Part shown: piece after piece, positions 16,995 to 26,981 of the stretch
Layout of the letters: the number at the start of each line of letters is the position of its first letter
How positions within the stretch are numbered: the first letter of the stretch is position 1
Assembly: GCA_964581685.1 (NCBI GenBank)
Contig: CAZOPN010000002.1
Location: 29,400-93,399, forward strand
Length of the DNA: 64,000 nt
Direction: 5' to 3'
Source: an uncultured Sangeribacter sp.
GTDB taxonomy: Bacteria > Bacteroidota > Bacteroidia > Bacteroidales > Muribaculaceae
Program-made: the position numbers and the translations under genes
Notes under the pieces: generated by a model
Told to the model about the DNA's origin: nothing
Seen by the model: only the letters and a program-made list of their open reading frames with translations
Databases searched by the model: none

Positions 16995-18302
16995 ATGAGA
17001 AGAAAAGACATTAAACGGGGGACAACTATAATATTAGCGTTTACGATTGTTTCGATAATTGTAATAATCGTAGCCGGAATAATTAGATTTACGAAAAATA
17101 TAGATACTGCATCTGCCGACTCAGAAATCATATCGGATTCGACAATCGTGGATTCACTTCGAAATTCAGACTCAGACATCGATGTATTAATTCCTATGGA
17201 AAGAGATGTGGAGCGGTTTATGTCGAAATGGGATATTCGAGGGTTATCTTTGGCAGTGGTGCGTAATGATTCATTGATTTTTGCAAAGGGGTTCGGAACT
17301 GCCGATTCCGGAACGGGAGAGAAAATGGAGGCTAATACTATTTCAAGAATTGCATCCGCTTCGAAACTTGTAACGGCTGTTGCAATCATGAAACTTGTTG
17401 AAGAGGGCAAACTTTCGCTTGACAGAAAAGTTTTTGGGAAAGGTGGAATTCTTGATGGTAAAGACTTGCAAGCCAATATAAAAGATCCCCGGATATATGA
17501 CATAACTGTAGAACATCTCTTAAGACATAAGGCAGGTTTTACCCGTGGTTTGGGCGACCCGATGTTTACCACATCCGAGATTATCCGTTCCAATTCGCTT
17601 GATCATGTTCCAACTGCGGATGAATTGATGAAAATTGTTCTTGGCCGTCGTCTTGGTTTTCAGCCGGGAGCCGGGAGCCGTTATTCGAATTTTGGATATA
17701 TGCTCCTTTCTCTTATAATTGAGAAGGTAACCGATAAAAGCTATTGGAATTATGTCAAAGAAAATATCTTGCTTCCATCCGGAGCTGTTTCTTTCAGTCC
17801 GGCCACTAACTATTCAGCCGAGCGTAGAGAAAATGAGACATGTTATTATTCTCCCGATTCAGAATTGGTAGAGGAATTTAATGGAAGCGGGAAAATGGTC
17901 GACCGCTGTTACGGAGGGGCTAATATCAATGGTCTGATGGGGGCCGGCGGTTGGTGTGCGTCCGCAGCTTCGCTGGCACGGCTTGTGGCCGCTATTGACG
18001 GAGATCCCGGTGTGCCGGATATTCTGAATGGCGAGAGTATAGCTTTAATGACGTCTCATGATGAAAAAGAGAAAACATGCTTTGGTTGGTCGGATTCCGA
18101 TGGCAAAGGGAAATGGACAAGAAGTGGCACTCTGTCATCGGCACATGCTCTGATAGAACGATTTCCTGACAAGGAATGTTGGGTTATTCTGACAAATACA
18201 GGGGTTTGGACCGGATTTAGATTTACGCGCGATCTTCAACGCCTCATAGATATGCTGAGGTCGCGCTATTCCGGCATTTTGCCCTCGCGCGACCTCTGGT
18301 GA
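16995..18302 (+). CDS. Membrane-anchored serine hydrolase, beta-lactamase (class C/PBP4*-like) family
   Basis: 435 aa. N-terminal TM anchor, SxxK motif (SASK in IASASKLVTAVAIM), YxN motif (YSNFGY). Confidence 0.75.
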   Translation: MRRKDIKRGTTIILAFTIVSIIVIIVAGIIRFTKNIDTASADSEIISDSTIVDSLRNSDSDIDVLIPMERDVERFMSKWDIRGLSLAVVRNDSLIFAKGFGTADSGTGEKMEANTISRIASASKLVTAVAIMKLVEEGKLSLDRKVFGKGGILDGKDLQANIKDPRIYDITVEHLLRHKAGFTRGLGDPMFTTSEIIRSNSLDHVPTADELMKIVLGRRLGFQPGAGSRYSNFGYMLLSLIIEKVTDKSYWNYVKENILLPSGAVSFSPATNYSAERRENETCYYSPDSELVEEFNGSGKMVDRCYGGANINGLMGAGGWCASAASLARLVAAIDGDPGVPDILNGESIALMTSHDEKEKTCFGWSDSDGKGKWTRSGTLSSAHALIERFPDKECWVILTNTGVWTGFRFTRDLQRLIDMLRSRYSGILPSRDLW

Positions 18303-18327
18303 GCTTATTTATAATTTTACTTTTTAA

Positions 18328-19758
18328 TTATTTCTTTTCTTCCATAACAAGTTTGGAAAAAACGGATGTCACTATTGCTCCGACAGCCATTGTTATTGCT
18401 GAAACAATAAGCACAAGTGATGCTCCTCCTGATTTAAGAAGCATAGGAATGAAAAAGACACCGAGCACAGCTCCGAGTTTTCCAATTGAGGCGGCAAGGC
18501 CCACTCCTTGTCCTCGCTGTTCTACGGGATAGATCTGAGGAGGCAAAACGTAAGTTACCAGATGAGGCCCGATGTTCAGGAACAGCTCGAAAGCCATGAA
18601 AGCACCGATAGAAATCCATTTGTTCCAACTGTAATGATAGGAAATCATAAGAATCACGAGCGCCACGGCACACATCCAGAATCCCATCGTCTGAATCCCC
18701 GCTACCTTGCGGCCTTTATTTATAAGAATAAGGCCGATAATAAAACCGGGGAGAATAATACAGCTTATCCATAGAGTAATTTCAACCGAGGAAGTGACAT
18801 GAAATATCGGATTCTCGCCCGGGTGAAAATGTTCAAGTCCGAGTGCCATAACAAGAATGGGAAGGAATACACCTATTCCATATACTCCGAGCCCTTCACA
18901 AGCCCATGGCACTCCGCTGAGCACAACTTTTTTCCAGTTCTGACATATAAATTGGAAAAGCGAGGTCTTTTGTCCGGGAGAAGCTTTGATGTTATTTACC
19001 ACAGAGGGATCAATGCGCGCATCTTTTCCAAAAAATTTCTGTGCGGCTATTTCGGCTTCACTTACTTTACCCTTGCCAAGCAGCCATCTTGGACTTTGAT
19101 AGAATTTTATTCTAAGAAGCACCATCACGGCCGCTGTGATGGCGATAATCCACATCAGATGAGGCCATGCTTCCGCTCTTTTCCAGTATGTGAGCAGTCC
19201 AAAACAAATTGCCGCAACGATAATGTTTCCAAACGCACAGGCTCCTTTAGCTATACCGACCATAAGTGACCTATAGCGTGCCGGCATCAATTCTGAAATA
19301 TAATCGGAATCGAGACTATATTCTCCGCCTATGCCGAGACCGATAAAGAATAAAGCAATCGTAAGGACTGCTACAGAATTAAAAAATATGGGACAAAGAG
19401 CTGCAACAAAAATCATGGCCGGACAAAAACGGAAGAAAAATAGATAACCGTATCGATCACTCAGTCGGCCGAAAATTACTGAACCAACCATTATGCCTAT
19501 CAAATCTGCCGCGCCAATAAGTCCCTGCATGAAAGGAGAGAGTTCGGGATGCAGAATTATATTGAGCATTGGGATAATGATACCGGCGAGCGTGGCCACC
19601 GCAGTACCGATCATCTGGCCCAGTGAAGCAACGAAAACGATCCATAGATGTCGACCGGATAGTTTCATGTTGGCCAGGTATTGTTTATCGATTGTGGAGT
19701 TTGAACTATTTGTCATAACGAAGCTTAACCCTTTGTGAAAATATTTTTTAAGAATCAA
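18328..19758 (-). CDS. MFS transporter, sugar-porter-like subfamily
   Basis: 476 aa with 12 TM helices. GRLSDRYGY loop motif and YQSPRWLL (the PESPRW-type signature). The true start may be the internal MTNSS at 19716. Confidence 0.7.
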   Translation of the reverse strand: MILKKYFHKGLSFVMTNSSNSTIDKQYLANMKLSGRHLWIVFVASLGQMIGTAVATLAGIIIPMLNIILHPELSPFMQGLIGAADLIGIMVGSVIFGRLSDRYGYLFFFRFCPAMIFVAALCPIFFNSVAVLTIALFFIGLGIGGEYSLDSDYISELMPARYRSLMVGIAKGACAFGNIIVAAICFGLLTYWKRAEAWPHLMWIIAITAAVMVLLRIKFYQSPRWLLGKGKVSEAEIAAQKFFGKDARIDPSVVNNIKASPGQKTSLFQFICQNWKKVVLSGVPWACEGLGVYGIGVFLPILVMALGLEHFHPGENPIFHVTSSVEITLWISCIILPGFIIGLILINKGRKVAGIQTMGFWMCAVALVILMISYHYSWNKWISIGAFMAFELFLNIGPHLVTYVLPPQIYPVEQRGQGVGLAASIGKLGAVLGVFFIPMLLKSGGASLVLIVSAITMAVGAIVTSVFSKLVMEEKK

Positions 19759-19947
19759 TCTAAACTTTCCATGTAAGTCTGGATATTCAGTTATATGCTA
19801 AGGTATATCCTCCTTCCTGCTGCAACTGAATTATCTAAAAAACACTTCCTTTTATTTATTTTTAATTTTCAACTTTCACTTATCTTCCTTTAAAGTAAAG
19901 ATAACTTCAATTTTCGAACATTAATTGAAGAGCCTTTCACTTATGTT

Positions 19948-20937
19948 TTATTTTTTTGCTACGGGCTTTTTTGCGGGTGCAGTTTCAGGTTTAAGAAATG
20001 CGTAATCGGGAAATAGGAAGATCCAGGTTGCTATACAGAAGGGGCCTGTAAGAGTCGGGAGTCCCATTGGGGCAAAGAAAGCATTCATTGCCGCTTGAAT
20101 AAAGACTGTCGCAATTACTCCTAAAACAGTCCATATTGCTGTTTTCCATGATTTGTTGCAGAAGGTTGCTCCCAGAGCGATTCCGGTGAGGACTGCGCTG
20201 AAACCATAAAGACCATTGGCGATATCTGCCCCCGGACCTTGCCAGATAATCACTATAAACAGTGAGATTGCTGACGAAACGGCAGCCCAGATGCAGGCGC
20301 GGAGACTGCTTACAGCCAAAGCTGCAAGGAAAAATATGCCGGTGACCCATGAATTAATAAGAAATACTTGTGAAATCCCTTTAAGCCAATATATAATGAG
20401 ATCTCCGAATTCAAGACTCAAGGTATCGTGTACTCCTGCCGGAAGTTCGGGGGTACCCATGTGTGTGGGAGGCATTCCGTTTAATAGTCGTGCTGCCAGG
20501 AGGAAAAAATAGGTTGAAATAACGAAAGGAAATGTGAAAGAACTAACATTCCATCTTCCGAACACATTATCCATACCTGATTTGACCCATGTGGACATAG
20601 CTGAACAAAGGATCAGTGCGAGCCACATCCAAACGGTGTTACCGAGGAAGGTTGGGAACGCACATCCAACAAGGCATCCGTTGAATCCCCAGAGGCCCTG
20701 AGCTCCTTTGCTGTCGGGAAGCTGAAGGATATAACCGGTAATTGTAGAAACTAAAGTTCCTACAAGCATACCCCATGCTACCGTTGCTAAATCTTCATCA
20801 AAAGCTCCCCAGAATATACCGATAAGAAATAAAAGTCCGGTCCATAGGTTATCCTGAAACATTACTTGACCGATTCCTCTTAAAAATGTACGTGGAAAAG
20901 TCCGTACAGAATCATTAAATGTATAGATAGCAGACAT
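19948..20937 (-). CDS. Urea transporter (UT family channel)
   Basis: 329 aa. FLRGIGQVMFQDNLWTGLLFLIGIF is the characteristic UT-family N-terminal motif. About 10 TM helices. Confidence 0.85.
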   Translation of the reverse strand: MSAIYTFNDSVRTFPRTFLRGIGQVMFQDNLWTGLLFLIGIFWGAFDEDLATVAWGMLVGTLVSTITGYILQLPDSKGAQGLWGFNGCLVGCAFPTFLGNTVWMWLALILCSAMSTWVKSGMDNVFGRWNVSSFTFPFVISTYFFLLAARLLNGMPPTHMGTPELPAGVHDTLSLEFGDLIIYWLKGISQVFLINSWVTGIFFLAALAVSSLRACIWAAVSSAISLFIVIIWQGPGADIANGLYGFSAVLTGIALGATFCNKSWKTAIWTVLGVIATVFIQAAMNAFFAPMGLPTLTGPFCIATWIFLFPDYAFLKPETAPAKKPVAKK

Positions 20938-21052
20938 AGTGGAAAAATATTAAAAACTATTATACATTTTTAACGTTTTTAAGATATATAGGTTTATTGT
21001 AGATGTTAAATTGATATATTTTTACTGAAGAACTCATTAAAAAACAAAAATT

Positions 21053-21922
21053 ATGAATCTTACGAGATTTGGCGATTTTTTCAAAGAAAGAGGTTTATTG
21101 ATTGTGCTTCATGTAATTATACTGATCTTGTCGGTATTGCTTATCACTATGATCTCAATCGATACCTTTAGAAACATATCATTTTATGAAGAATATAATT
21201 TTCAGAAATGGCAGTTCTGGATCTGTATGATATTTCTGTTTGATTTTTTTGTGGAGTTTTTTATTTCTCATCACAAATGGAAATATCTGCTCACACACTT
21301 CGTATTCTTTATTGTTTCAATACCTTATCAGGCTATAATCTTCTATTTCGGATGGGATGTTTCGAATGAGATTTCATATCTTGTCAGATATATGCCTCTC
21401 ATAAGGGGAGGATATGCTATGGCGATTGTGATCGGATGGTTCACGTCCAACAAAGCTACAGGATTATTCTTTTCTTATATTATTACATTGTTTTCGACCG
21501 TCTATTTCGCAAGTTTAACATTTTATTTATTTGAATATAAAGTTAATCCACTCGTGGAGCAATACACAGATGCTTTATGGTGGGCTGCTATGGACGTAAC
21601 CACAGTCGGTTCTAACATTGTCGCCGTCACCGGAGTGGGGCGTGTCTTGTCTGTGCTTCTGGCGGCTTTGGGAATGATGATGTTTCCTATCTTCACGGTC
21701 TATGTCACCAATATCATTACTGAGCGGAATAAGGAAGCTCAGGAAAACGATACGGGATCGCTTGTAGCTGCATATAAGAAATTTTTGAAAAATCATCCGG
21801 ATGAGGTTAGAGCGGCAGAGGAAAATGACGATCAAAAGATTAAAGAAGGTGATGATGATGCAAAGCCTTCACACAATATAAATGTTTCTGATTCCAAGAC
21901 TGCCGAGTCCTCAGGAAATTGA
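21053..21922 (+). CDS. 6-TM ion-transport (Kv-like) channel protein with non-canonical pore filter
   Basis: 289 aa. Pore region DALWWAAMDVTTVGSNIVAVTGVGR aligns to WWAxxTxTTVGYGDxxPxTxxGR, but GYGD is replaced by GSNI. Acidic C-terminal tail. Confidence 0.65.
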   Translation: MNLTRFGDFFKERGLLIVLHVIILILSVLLITMISIDTFRNISFYEEYNFQKWQFWICMIFLFDFFVEFFISHHKWKYLLTHFVFFIVSIPYQAIIFYFGWDVSNEISYLVRYMPLIRGGYAMAIVIGWFTSNKATGLFFSYIITLFSTVYFASLTFYLFEYKVNPLVEQYTDALWWAAMDVTTVGSNIVAVTGVGRVLSVLLAALGMMMFPIFTVYVTNIITERNKEAQENDTGSLVAAYKKFLKNHPDEVRAAEENDDQKIKEGDDDAKPSHNINVSDSKTAESSGN

Positions 21923-21978
21923 CGGATTTTGAGAAACGCCTTTAATTTCTTAAATTTGCAGAATTAAGACAGGCTGAT

Positions 21979-22317
21979 ATGGAATTTTTAGAAAATATAA
22001 ATTATAGCGGCCTCCTTATCGGAGGCTGCACTTTTTTGATAATAGGTCTTTTTCATCCTTTAGTTATAAAAGGGGAGTATTATTTCGGTGAAAAAATAAA
22101 ATGGGCATTCCTTGTTGCCGGTGTTTTAATTATTATTCCGGCCGTTATGGTTTCTTCGATCGTGCTCTCTGCGTTATTGGGCGTTACTTCTTTCAGCTGT
22201 TTCTGGAGTATAAAGGAAGTTAAGGAACAGGTGGAGAGAGTGCGTAAGGGATGGTTCCCGGCAAATCCCAAAAGAATTAAGACTAATAATATAGCGGAGG
22301 ATAAAAGCGCGACTTAA
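21979..22317 (+). CDS. Small membrane protein (DUF4491-like)
   Basis: 112 aa. NYSGLLIGGCTFLIIGLFHPLVIKGEYYFGEKIKW resembles my memory of DUF4491 proteins. Not verified by search. Confidence 0.45.
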   Translation: MEFLENINYSGLLIGGCTFLIIGLFHPLVIKGEYYFGEKIKWAFLVAGVLIIIPAVMVSSIVLSALLGVTSFSCFWSIKEVKEQVERVRKGWFPANPKRIKTNNIAEDKSAT

Positions 22318-22369
22318 ATAAAAATAATAGGATTCGGATTACTGTCTGTAAAATTTGAATTACAGTATA

Positions 22370-22399
22370 TAAAAAAAGAGGCCCGAAGGCCTCTTTTTT
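22370..22399. terminator. Bidirectional rho-independent terminator
   Basis: AAAAAAAGAGGCC-CGAA-GGCCTCTTTTTTT between convergent genes. Confidence 0.8.
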
Positions 22400-22415
22400 T
22401 GTGGGGAAGTTCCTA

Positions 22416-22874
22416 TTACTTCGTAGGATTAAGAACGTAGTTTTGTGTTACGGTTCCGGCTTCTACGTCTTCGGGAAATTCATCAACAACGATAACTCTG
22501 GTCGTAATTTCAGCAGAAGCGATGCTCTTGTCAAGCTGAAGGATATCAAACGACATTGAAAGTGCATGGTTTCCTTCGGGAAGATAGTTTGCATTGATAA
22601 CTGCGCTGAACGGAGCTTCCATTGTGAAGCCGAGATAATGGTTATCCAAAACATAAGTTACCCCACTGAGTGCTGCCTGTTTCCCGCCGAGACCTTCAAC
22701 ATCAATGCCATCGATTGTAAGGTCTGAACCATTGAGAACATATAGAGAACCATTGATTTCAGCCGCATTTTCGTATGTTACGGTTACATCAACCGAGGGG
22801 AGATCGTTCTCATCGTGACAAGAAGTGAAAAGTCCCATAGGGAGCAGGAGTAGAAGATAAAGTAGTTTCTTCAT
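22416..22874 (-). CDS. Hypothetical lipoprotein
   Basis: 152 aa. Signal and lipobox LPMGLFTSC-HDEND. Beta-rich sequence with no recognised family. Confidence 0.55.
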   Translation of the reverse strand: MKKLLYLLLLLPMGLFTSCHDENDLPSVDVTVTYENAAEINGSLYVLNGSDLTIDGIDVEGLGGKQAALSGVTYVLDNHYLGFTMEAPFSAVINANYLPEGNHALSMSFDILQLDKSIASAEITTRVIVVDEFPEDVEAGTVTQNYVLNPTK

Positions 22875-23079
22875 AGATTAAATATTATTAGATAGTTTTG
22901 ATTTTCATTTTATTTGTAAACAAACAACGTGCCATATAGGATTTTAATTGTATTACGGGCTGAAATCATTTTTACAAATTTTTACATGTCCGAATTTAGA
23001 TTTTTAAGGAACTTTCATCTGATTAAAATATTGAATATAAACTTATTGTAAATATGAATTTATGGCCAAAAGAAAGAGA

Positions 23080-23107
23080 CTGTCTTTGAATCCTATATCA
23101 AAGACAG
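23080..23107 (-). terminator. Terminator downstream of the SLC45-like transporter
   Basis: 10-bp stem CTGTCTTTGA / TCAAAGACAG. The minus strand continues CTCTTTCTTTTGG. Confidence 0.55.
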
Positions 23108-23147
23108 CCTCAAGCAAAGTTTATTTTAAGTATTATTTAAAATCTAT

Positions 23148-24767
23148 TCATATAATTTCACTTTCCACAGGAGTCTCTTGAGGTGCAGCATCGGGGTTAT
23201 GTTCCTTGATGAGGAATACACAAACAGAACCAATGATGAGTGAAATTCCGGCAACAAGCATCATGAGATATTCTTTTGCAAGCTCTCCGGGTATGCTGAG
23301 AAGCGTAAGAATCCATCCTCCTGCAAGAGCTGCAACAATTTGCGGGATACATATTGTGCAGTTGAAGAGTCCAAGATATGTGCCGATATTTCCACCTTTA
23401 AGCGAATTAGTGAGAATGGTGAAAGGCCACGCCAACATAGCAGCCCAAGCGCATCCTATGAGAGCGAATGCAATGAAAAGCAGCCATTGGTTGGTAAAGA
23501 ATGCTGTCATAATAAATCCGGCAGCTCCAAGAAGCAGACTCAGTGTGTAGGAGAATTTACGGCTTCTGAAACGAGGAAGCACTACAGCCCAGAGCACAGA
23601 CCCGATTGCCTGGACCGCATAGAGAAGCCCCACCCAGTTACCGGCATCGTTATATTGTTTTGTCGCCGCGTTAAGAACCGTCCGCGGAATATACTTACAT
23701 TGAGAAGCCTCAGCTATTTTTACGGTTTCAGCACCGCTAATGTCAAGAGTTCCGTCAGGATTCTGAGCTACGATGTCGGCCATTGTAAGTTCAAAAGCTC
23801 CCTTGTGGGTTTCAAGAAAATCACTTGTCTTTTTTCCGTGGTCGATTATAATATCATTACCGTCGGCAATCAGATATTTCGCTTCATAGTCATGTCCGTC
23901 GTATGATATTCCTGGGTAGGTGATGGTTGAAGGAGTATCAAAAGCGTTGAAGGCGACTGTATTTGTGGCATACGTCCAGAGAAAAAGGAAAGCAAACCAG
24001 CAGAAGAACTGTACGACACCAACAGTCCAGAACGTTGAAGGAGCGTTTTTAAGAAGAACGATGAGATTTGTTTTCTGTTTTTTCGTTGTCTCGACCACAC
24101 CGTTATATTCATTATATAGCTGCGGTGGCCATTCCTTGATTTTAATGAGCGAATATATAACGCATAACAGCAGAATGGCGGCTCCTAAATAGAATGACCA
24201 AATTACTGTGTCGGGTACCACTCCCGGGGAAGCAACGTTTTTAATACCCACCCACATGAGCAGCATAGGGAAAATGAATCCGACGACCGAGCCGGCGTTG
24301 CAAAGGAAACTCTGAATCGAATAAGCCAACCCTTTCTGTTTCTCATTAACCATATCGCCGACAAGCATCTTGAAAGGCTGCATGGCCATATTGATCGACG
24401 TGTCGAGAAGCATAAGGGCTATAAGACCGAATAGGATCGCACTCTGCACTGTGAAATGGAAGCTCCCTGCATTCGGAAGCATACACATTACGATTACGGC
24501 TATCAGAGCTCCGAATACAAGATAGGGGAGTCGACGCCCGAGTTTATTCCAGGTGCGGTCGCTGAGCAGCCCGACAATCGGTTGAACAACAAGACCCATC
24601 AGCGGGGGGAGAATCCAGAAATAACTGAGGTCGTGCGGATCCGCACCGATAGTGGTGAAGATACGCGACACATTAGCGCTTTGCAGGGCGTAAGCTATCT
24701 GCACTCCGAAGAATCCGAAAGATAGATTCCAGAGTTTCCAGAAGCCTAAATCAGGTTTGTTTTTCAT
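23148..24767 (-). CDS. MFS transporter, SLC45/GPH sucrose-symporter-like, with a large hydrophilic insertion
   Basis: 539 aa. N-terminal FWKLWNLSFGFFGVQIAYALQSANVSRIF...GLLSDRTW is typical of SLC45-like transporters. A hydrophilic loop of about 110 aa sits between the two halves. Confidence 0.7.
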   Translation of the reverse strand: MKNKPDLGFWKLWNLSFGFFGVQIAYALQSANVSRIFTTIGADPHDLSYFWILPPLMGLVVQPIVGLLSDRTWNKLGRRLPYLVFGALIAVIVMCMLPNAGSFHFTVQSAILFGLIALMLLDTSINMAMQPFKMLVGDMVNEKQKGLAYSIQSFLCNAGSVVGFIFPMLLMWVGIKNVASPGVVPDTVIWSFYLGAAILLLCVIYSLIKIKEWPPQLYNEYNGVVETTKKQKTNLIVLLKNAPSTFWTVGVVQFFCWFAFLFLWTYATNTVAFNAFDTPSTITYPGISYDGHDYEAKYLIADGNDIIIDHGKKTSDFLETHKGAFELTMADIVAQNPDGTLDISGAETVKIAEASQCKYIPRTVLNAATKQYNDAGNWVGLLYAVQAIGSVLWAVVLPRFRSRKFSYTLSLLLGAAGFIMTAFFTNQWLLFIAFALIGCAWAAMLAWPFTILTNSLKGGNIGTYLGLFNCTICIPQIVAALAGGWILTLLSIPGELAKEYLMMLVAGISLIIGSVCVFLIKEHNPDAAPQETPVESEII

Positions 24768-24803
24768 GACTTTATGTTATTATTTTATTTTCGGTCAAGT
24801 AAG

Positions 24804-25646
24804 TTATTTTTCAAGAGAGTTAAGCCAGATGATCTCTTGCTCCCATATTTCCGGATTAGGAGTTTCCAGAATGATTGGCATATTATCGAAGCGGGGATCA
24901 TTCACCAGCCTGACGAAAAATTCTTCTCCGAGTGTGCCTTTTCCTATTTCCGCATGACGGTCTATGCGCGAGCCCAGTTCCCTTTTATCGTCGTTTAGAT
25001 GAATAGCTTTAAGATATCTGCTTCCGATAAGGTCATCGAATTCTTTCCATGCGGCCTCGTAACCTTCTTTTGTTGCCAGATCGTATCCGGCAGAATAGGT
25101 ATGACATGTATCTACGCAAACTCCAATTCTCGATTTATCTTCCACTTTATCGATTATACTCGCGAGCTGTTCAAATTTATAACCGAGGTTAGAGCCTTGT
25201 CCGGCAGTGGATTCAAGCACGGCTGTTACTCCGGTAGTTTTGTCGAGTGTAAGGTTGATGCTCTCGGCTATAAGGTTAAGACACTCTTCGACACTCATCT
25301 GATTCAAGTGACTTCCGGGATGGAAATTAAGCATAGTCAGTCCGAGCTGTTCGCATCGCTGCATCTCTTCAAGAAAGGATTTCCTTGATTTTTCCAATTT
25401 CTCCGGATCCGGACTCCCTAAATTAATAAGAAAATTGTCGTGAGGAAGGATAAACTCCGGGGTGTAGCCTCCGGCAATACAGTTTTCCTTGAATTTCTCA
25501 ATCTCTTTTTGCGGAATAGCCTTAGAACTCCAACGAGAACTTGACCCGGTGAAGAGTGCGAAAGATCGTGCGCCAATCCGGGCTGCTTCCAGGGGGGCGG
25601 ATGATACACCTCCTGAGACACTTACGTGTGCTCCTATATATTTCAT
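24804..25646 (-). CDS. nfo: Deoxyribonuclease IV (endonuclease IV)
   Basis: 280 aa. MKYIGAHVSVSGG, NFHPGSH, CVDTCH and HLNDDK metal-site motifs. Confidence 0.92.
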   Translation of the reverse strand: MKYIGAHVSVSGGVSSAPLEAARIGARSFALFTGSSSRWSSKAIPQKEIEKFKENCIAGGYTPEFILPHDNFLINLGSPDPEKLEKSRKSFLEEMQRCEQLGLTMLNFHPGSHLNQMSVEECLNLIAESINLTLDKTTGVTAVLESTAGQGSNLGYKFEQLASIIDKVEDKSRIGVCVDTCHTYSAGYDLATKEGYEAAWKEFDDLIGSRYLKAIHLNDDKRELGSRIDRHAEIGKGTLGEEFFVRLVNDPRFDNMPIILETPNPEIWEQEIIWLNSLEK

Positions 25647-25791
25647 AATATTACTCTTTAAAGGTAAACCTTGAGGAGATAAGGCGTATGCAGTTGGAAA
25701 AAGTTTTCCTGTATCTTACAAAATTAGTAAAAAATAGAGTTTGTGAAAATTATATTACATTAATTTGTGGAAATTAATTTAATTTTGTGTC

Positions 25792-26562
25792 ATGGAAAAG
25801 TTGTCGAAAGCTAAAATGGCTGTTTATTCCTCACTCGGAAAGAAGAAAATGCGTGAAAAACACGGGCTTTTTGCCGTGGAGGGCATAAGATCGATTTCTG
25901 ATACACTGCGACATTTTGATTGTGTCGCTCTGATTGTAAGAGAGGGATTTTCCTTACCTGCATGGATCGCTCAGCCAATGGAGATCAAGATATTTGAAGT
26001 AACAGCGTCTGAAATGCGTCAGCTCACATCTCTTTCCACTCCTTCAGATATCATGGCGATCTACAGGCTTCCGGAGCCTGTGGCGCCGCAAGAAATTACT
26101 ATTTCTTCCGAGTCTCTTTATCTTATTCTCGATGGAATTCAGGACCCCGGAAATCTCGGAACAATTATCAGAACGGCACATTGGTTCGGAGTGGAGGCAA
26201 TCTTTGCTTCCTCGACAACAGCAGATATATTTAATCCGAAGACTATTCAGTCTACCATGGGGTCGCTTGATAAAGTCCCTGTGATTTATTGTGATATCAT
26301 TTCTCTGATAGAGACCAATCCGGATATCCCTGTCTACGGAACGCTTCTTAACGGTAAGAATATTTACGAAACATCGCTGAGCCGGAGTGGCTTTATAATA
26401 ATGGGCAATGAAGGCCAAGGAATTTCTCCGGAGTTGAGAAAGCTTGTGACTTCACCATTGCTCATACCCCCATATAAAGCCGACGACCATAGCGAATCGC
26501 TGAATGTTGCGACTGCTACGGCCGTTGTGTTATCTGAATTCAGAAGTCGACTTTATCGTTGA
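25792..26562 (+). CDS. TrmH/SpoU-family RNA 2'-O-methyltransferase
   Basis: 256 aa. LDGIQDPGNLGTIIRTA, IMGNEGQGIS and SLNVATATAV motifs. Confidence 0.85.
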   Translation: MEKLSKAKMAVYSSLGKKKMREKHGLFAVEGIRSISDTLRHFDCVALIVREGFSLPAWIAQPMEIKIFEVTASEMRQLTSLSTPSDIMAIYRLPEPVAPQEITISSESLYLILDGIQDPGNLGTIIRTAHWFGVEAIFASSTTADIFNPKTIQSTMGSLDKVPVIYCDIISLIETNPDIPVYGTLLNGKNIYETSLSRSGFIIMGNEGQGISPELRKLVTSPLLIPPYKADDHSESLNVATATAVVLSEFRSRLYR

Positions 26563-26587
26563 AAATAATCCGGATATGTCAAATTGC

Positions 26588-26980
26588 TCAGCGACTTGAC
26601 AGAGGGGGCAGGAATGCATCGGGAATATGTTCGATTGAAAATTCTTCGCGATTGCCTGTAACCGTAATGATGTCAAGACGATATTTATAGAGTGCAGACT
26701 GTTGTTTCAGGTATATATCACCCCCTTTTATAATTTTACGCTGTTTTGCCGAGTCAATCGTATCAAGCGGATGTTGGAAATTTCCGGTTCGAGCCTTGAC
26801 TTCCACGAAAATAATATATCCATCTTTTTCTGCAATGATATCTATTTCAATGTGGTTACCGACACGCCAGTTTCTTTCTCTAACCGTATATCCTTTTACC
26901 CTGAGATAATCGGCGGCAATATTCTCCGCCTCTTTTCCCCATTCACGGTTACGGCGTCCCTGACTTGTATTATCTATCAT
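26588..26980 (-). CDS. YraN-family endonuclease (UPF0102)
   Basis: 130 aa. GKEAENIAADYLRVKGYTVRERNWR...EIDIIAEKDGYIIFVEVKAR. Confidence 0.85.
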   Translation of the reverse strand: MIDNTSQGRRNREWGKEAENIAADYLRVKGYTVRERNWRVGNHIEIDIIAEKDGYIIFVEVKARTGNFQHPLDTIDSAKQRKIIKGGDIYLKQQSALYKYRLDIITVTGNREEFSIEHIPDAFLPPLSSR

Positions 26981-26981
26981 T

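Noticed and set aside
16958-17593. 211-aa minus-strand ORF overlapping the serine-hydrolase gene and the divergent promoter.
   Set aside because: It is antisense to a gene with clear SxxK/YxN motifs, has Ser-rich low-complexity composition, and would run through the mapped promoter boxes.
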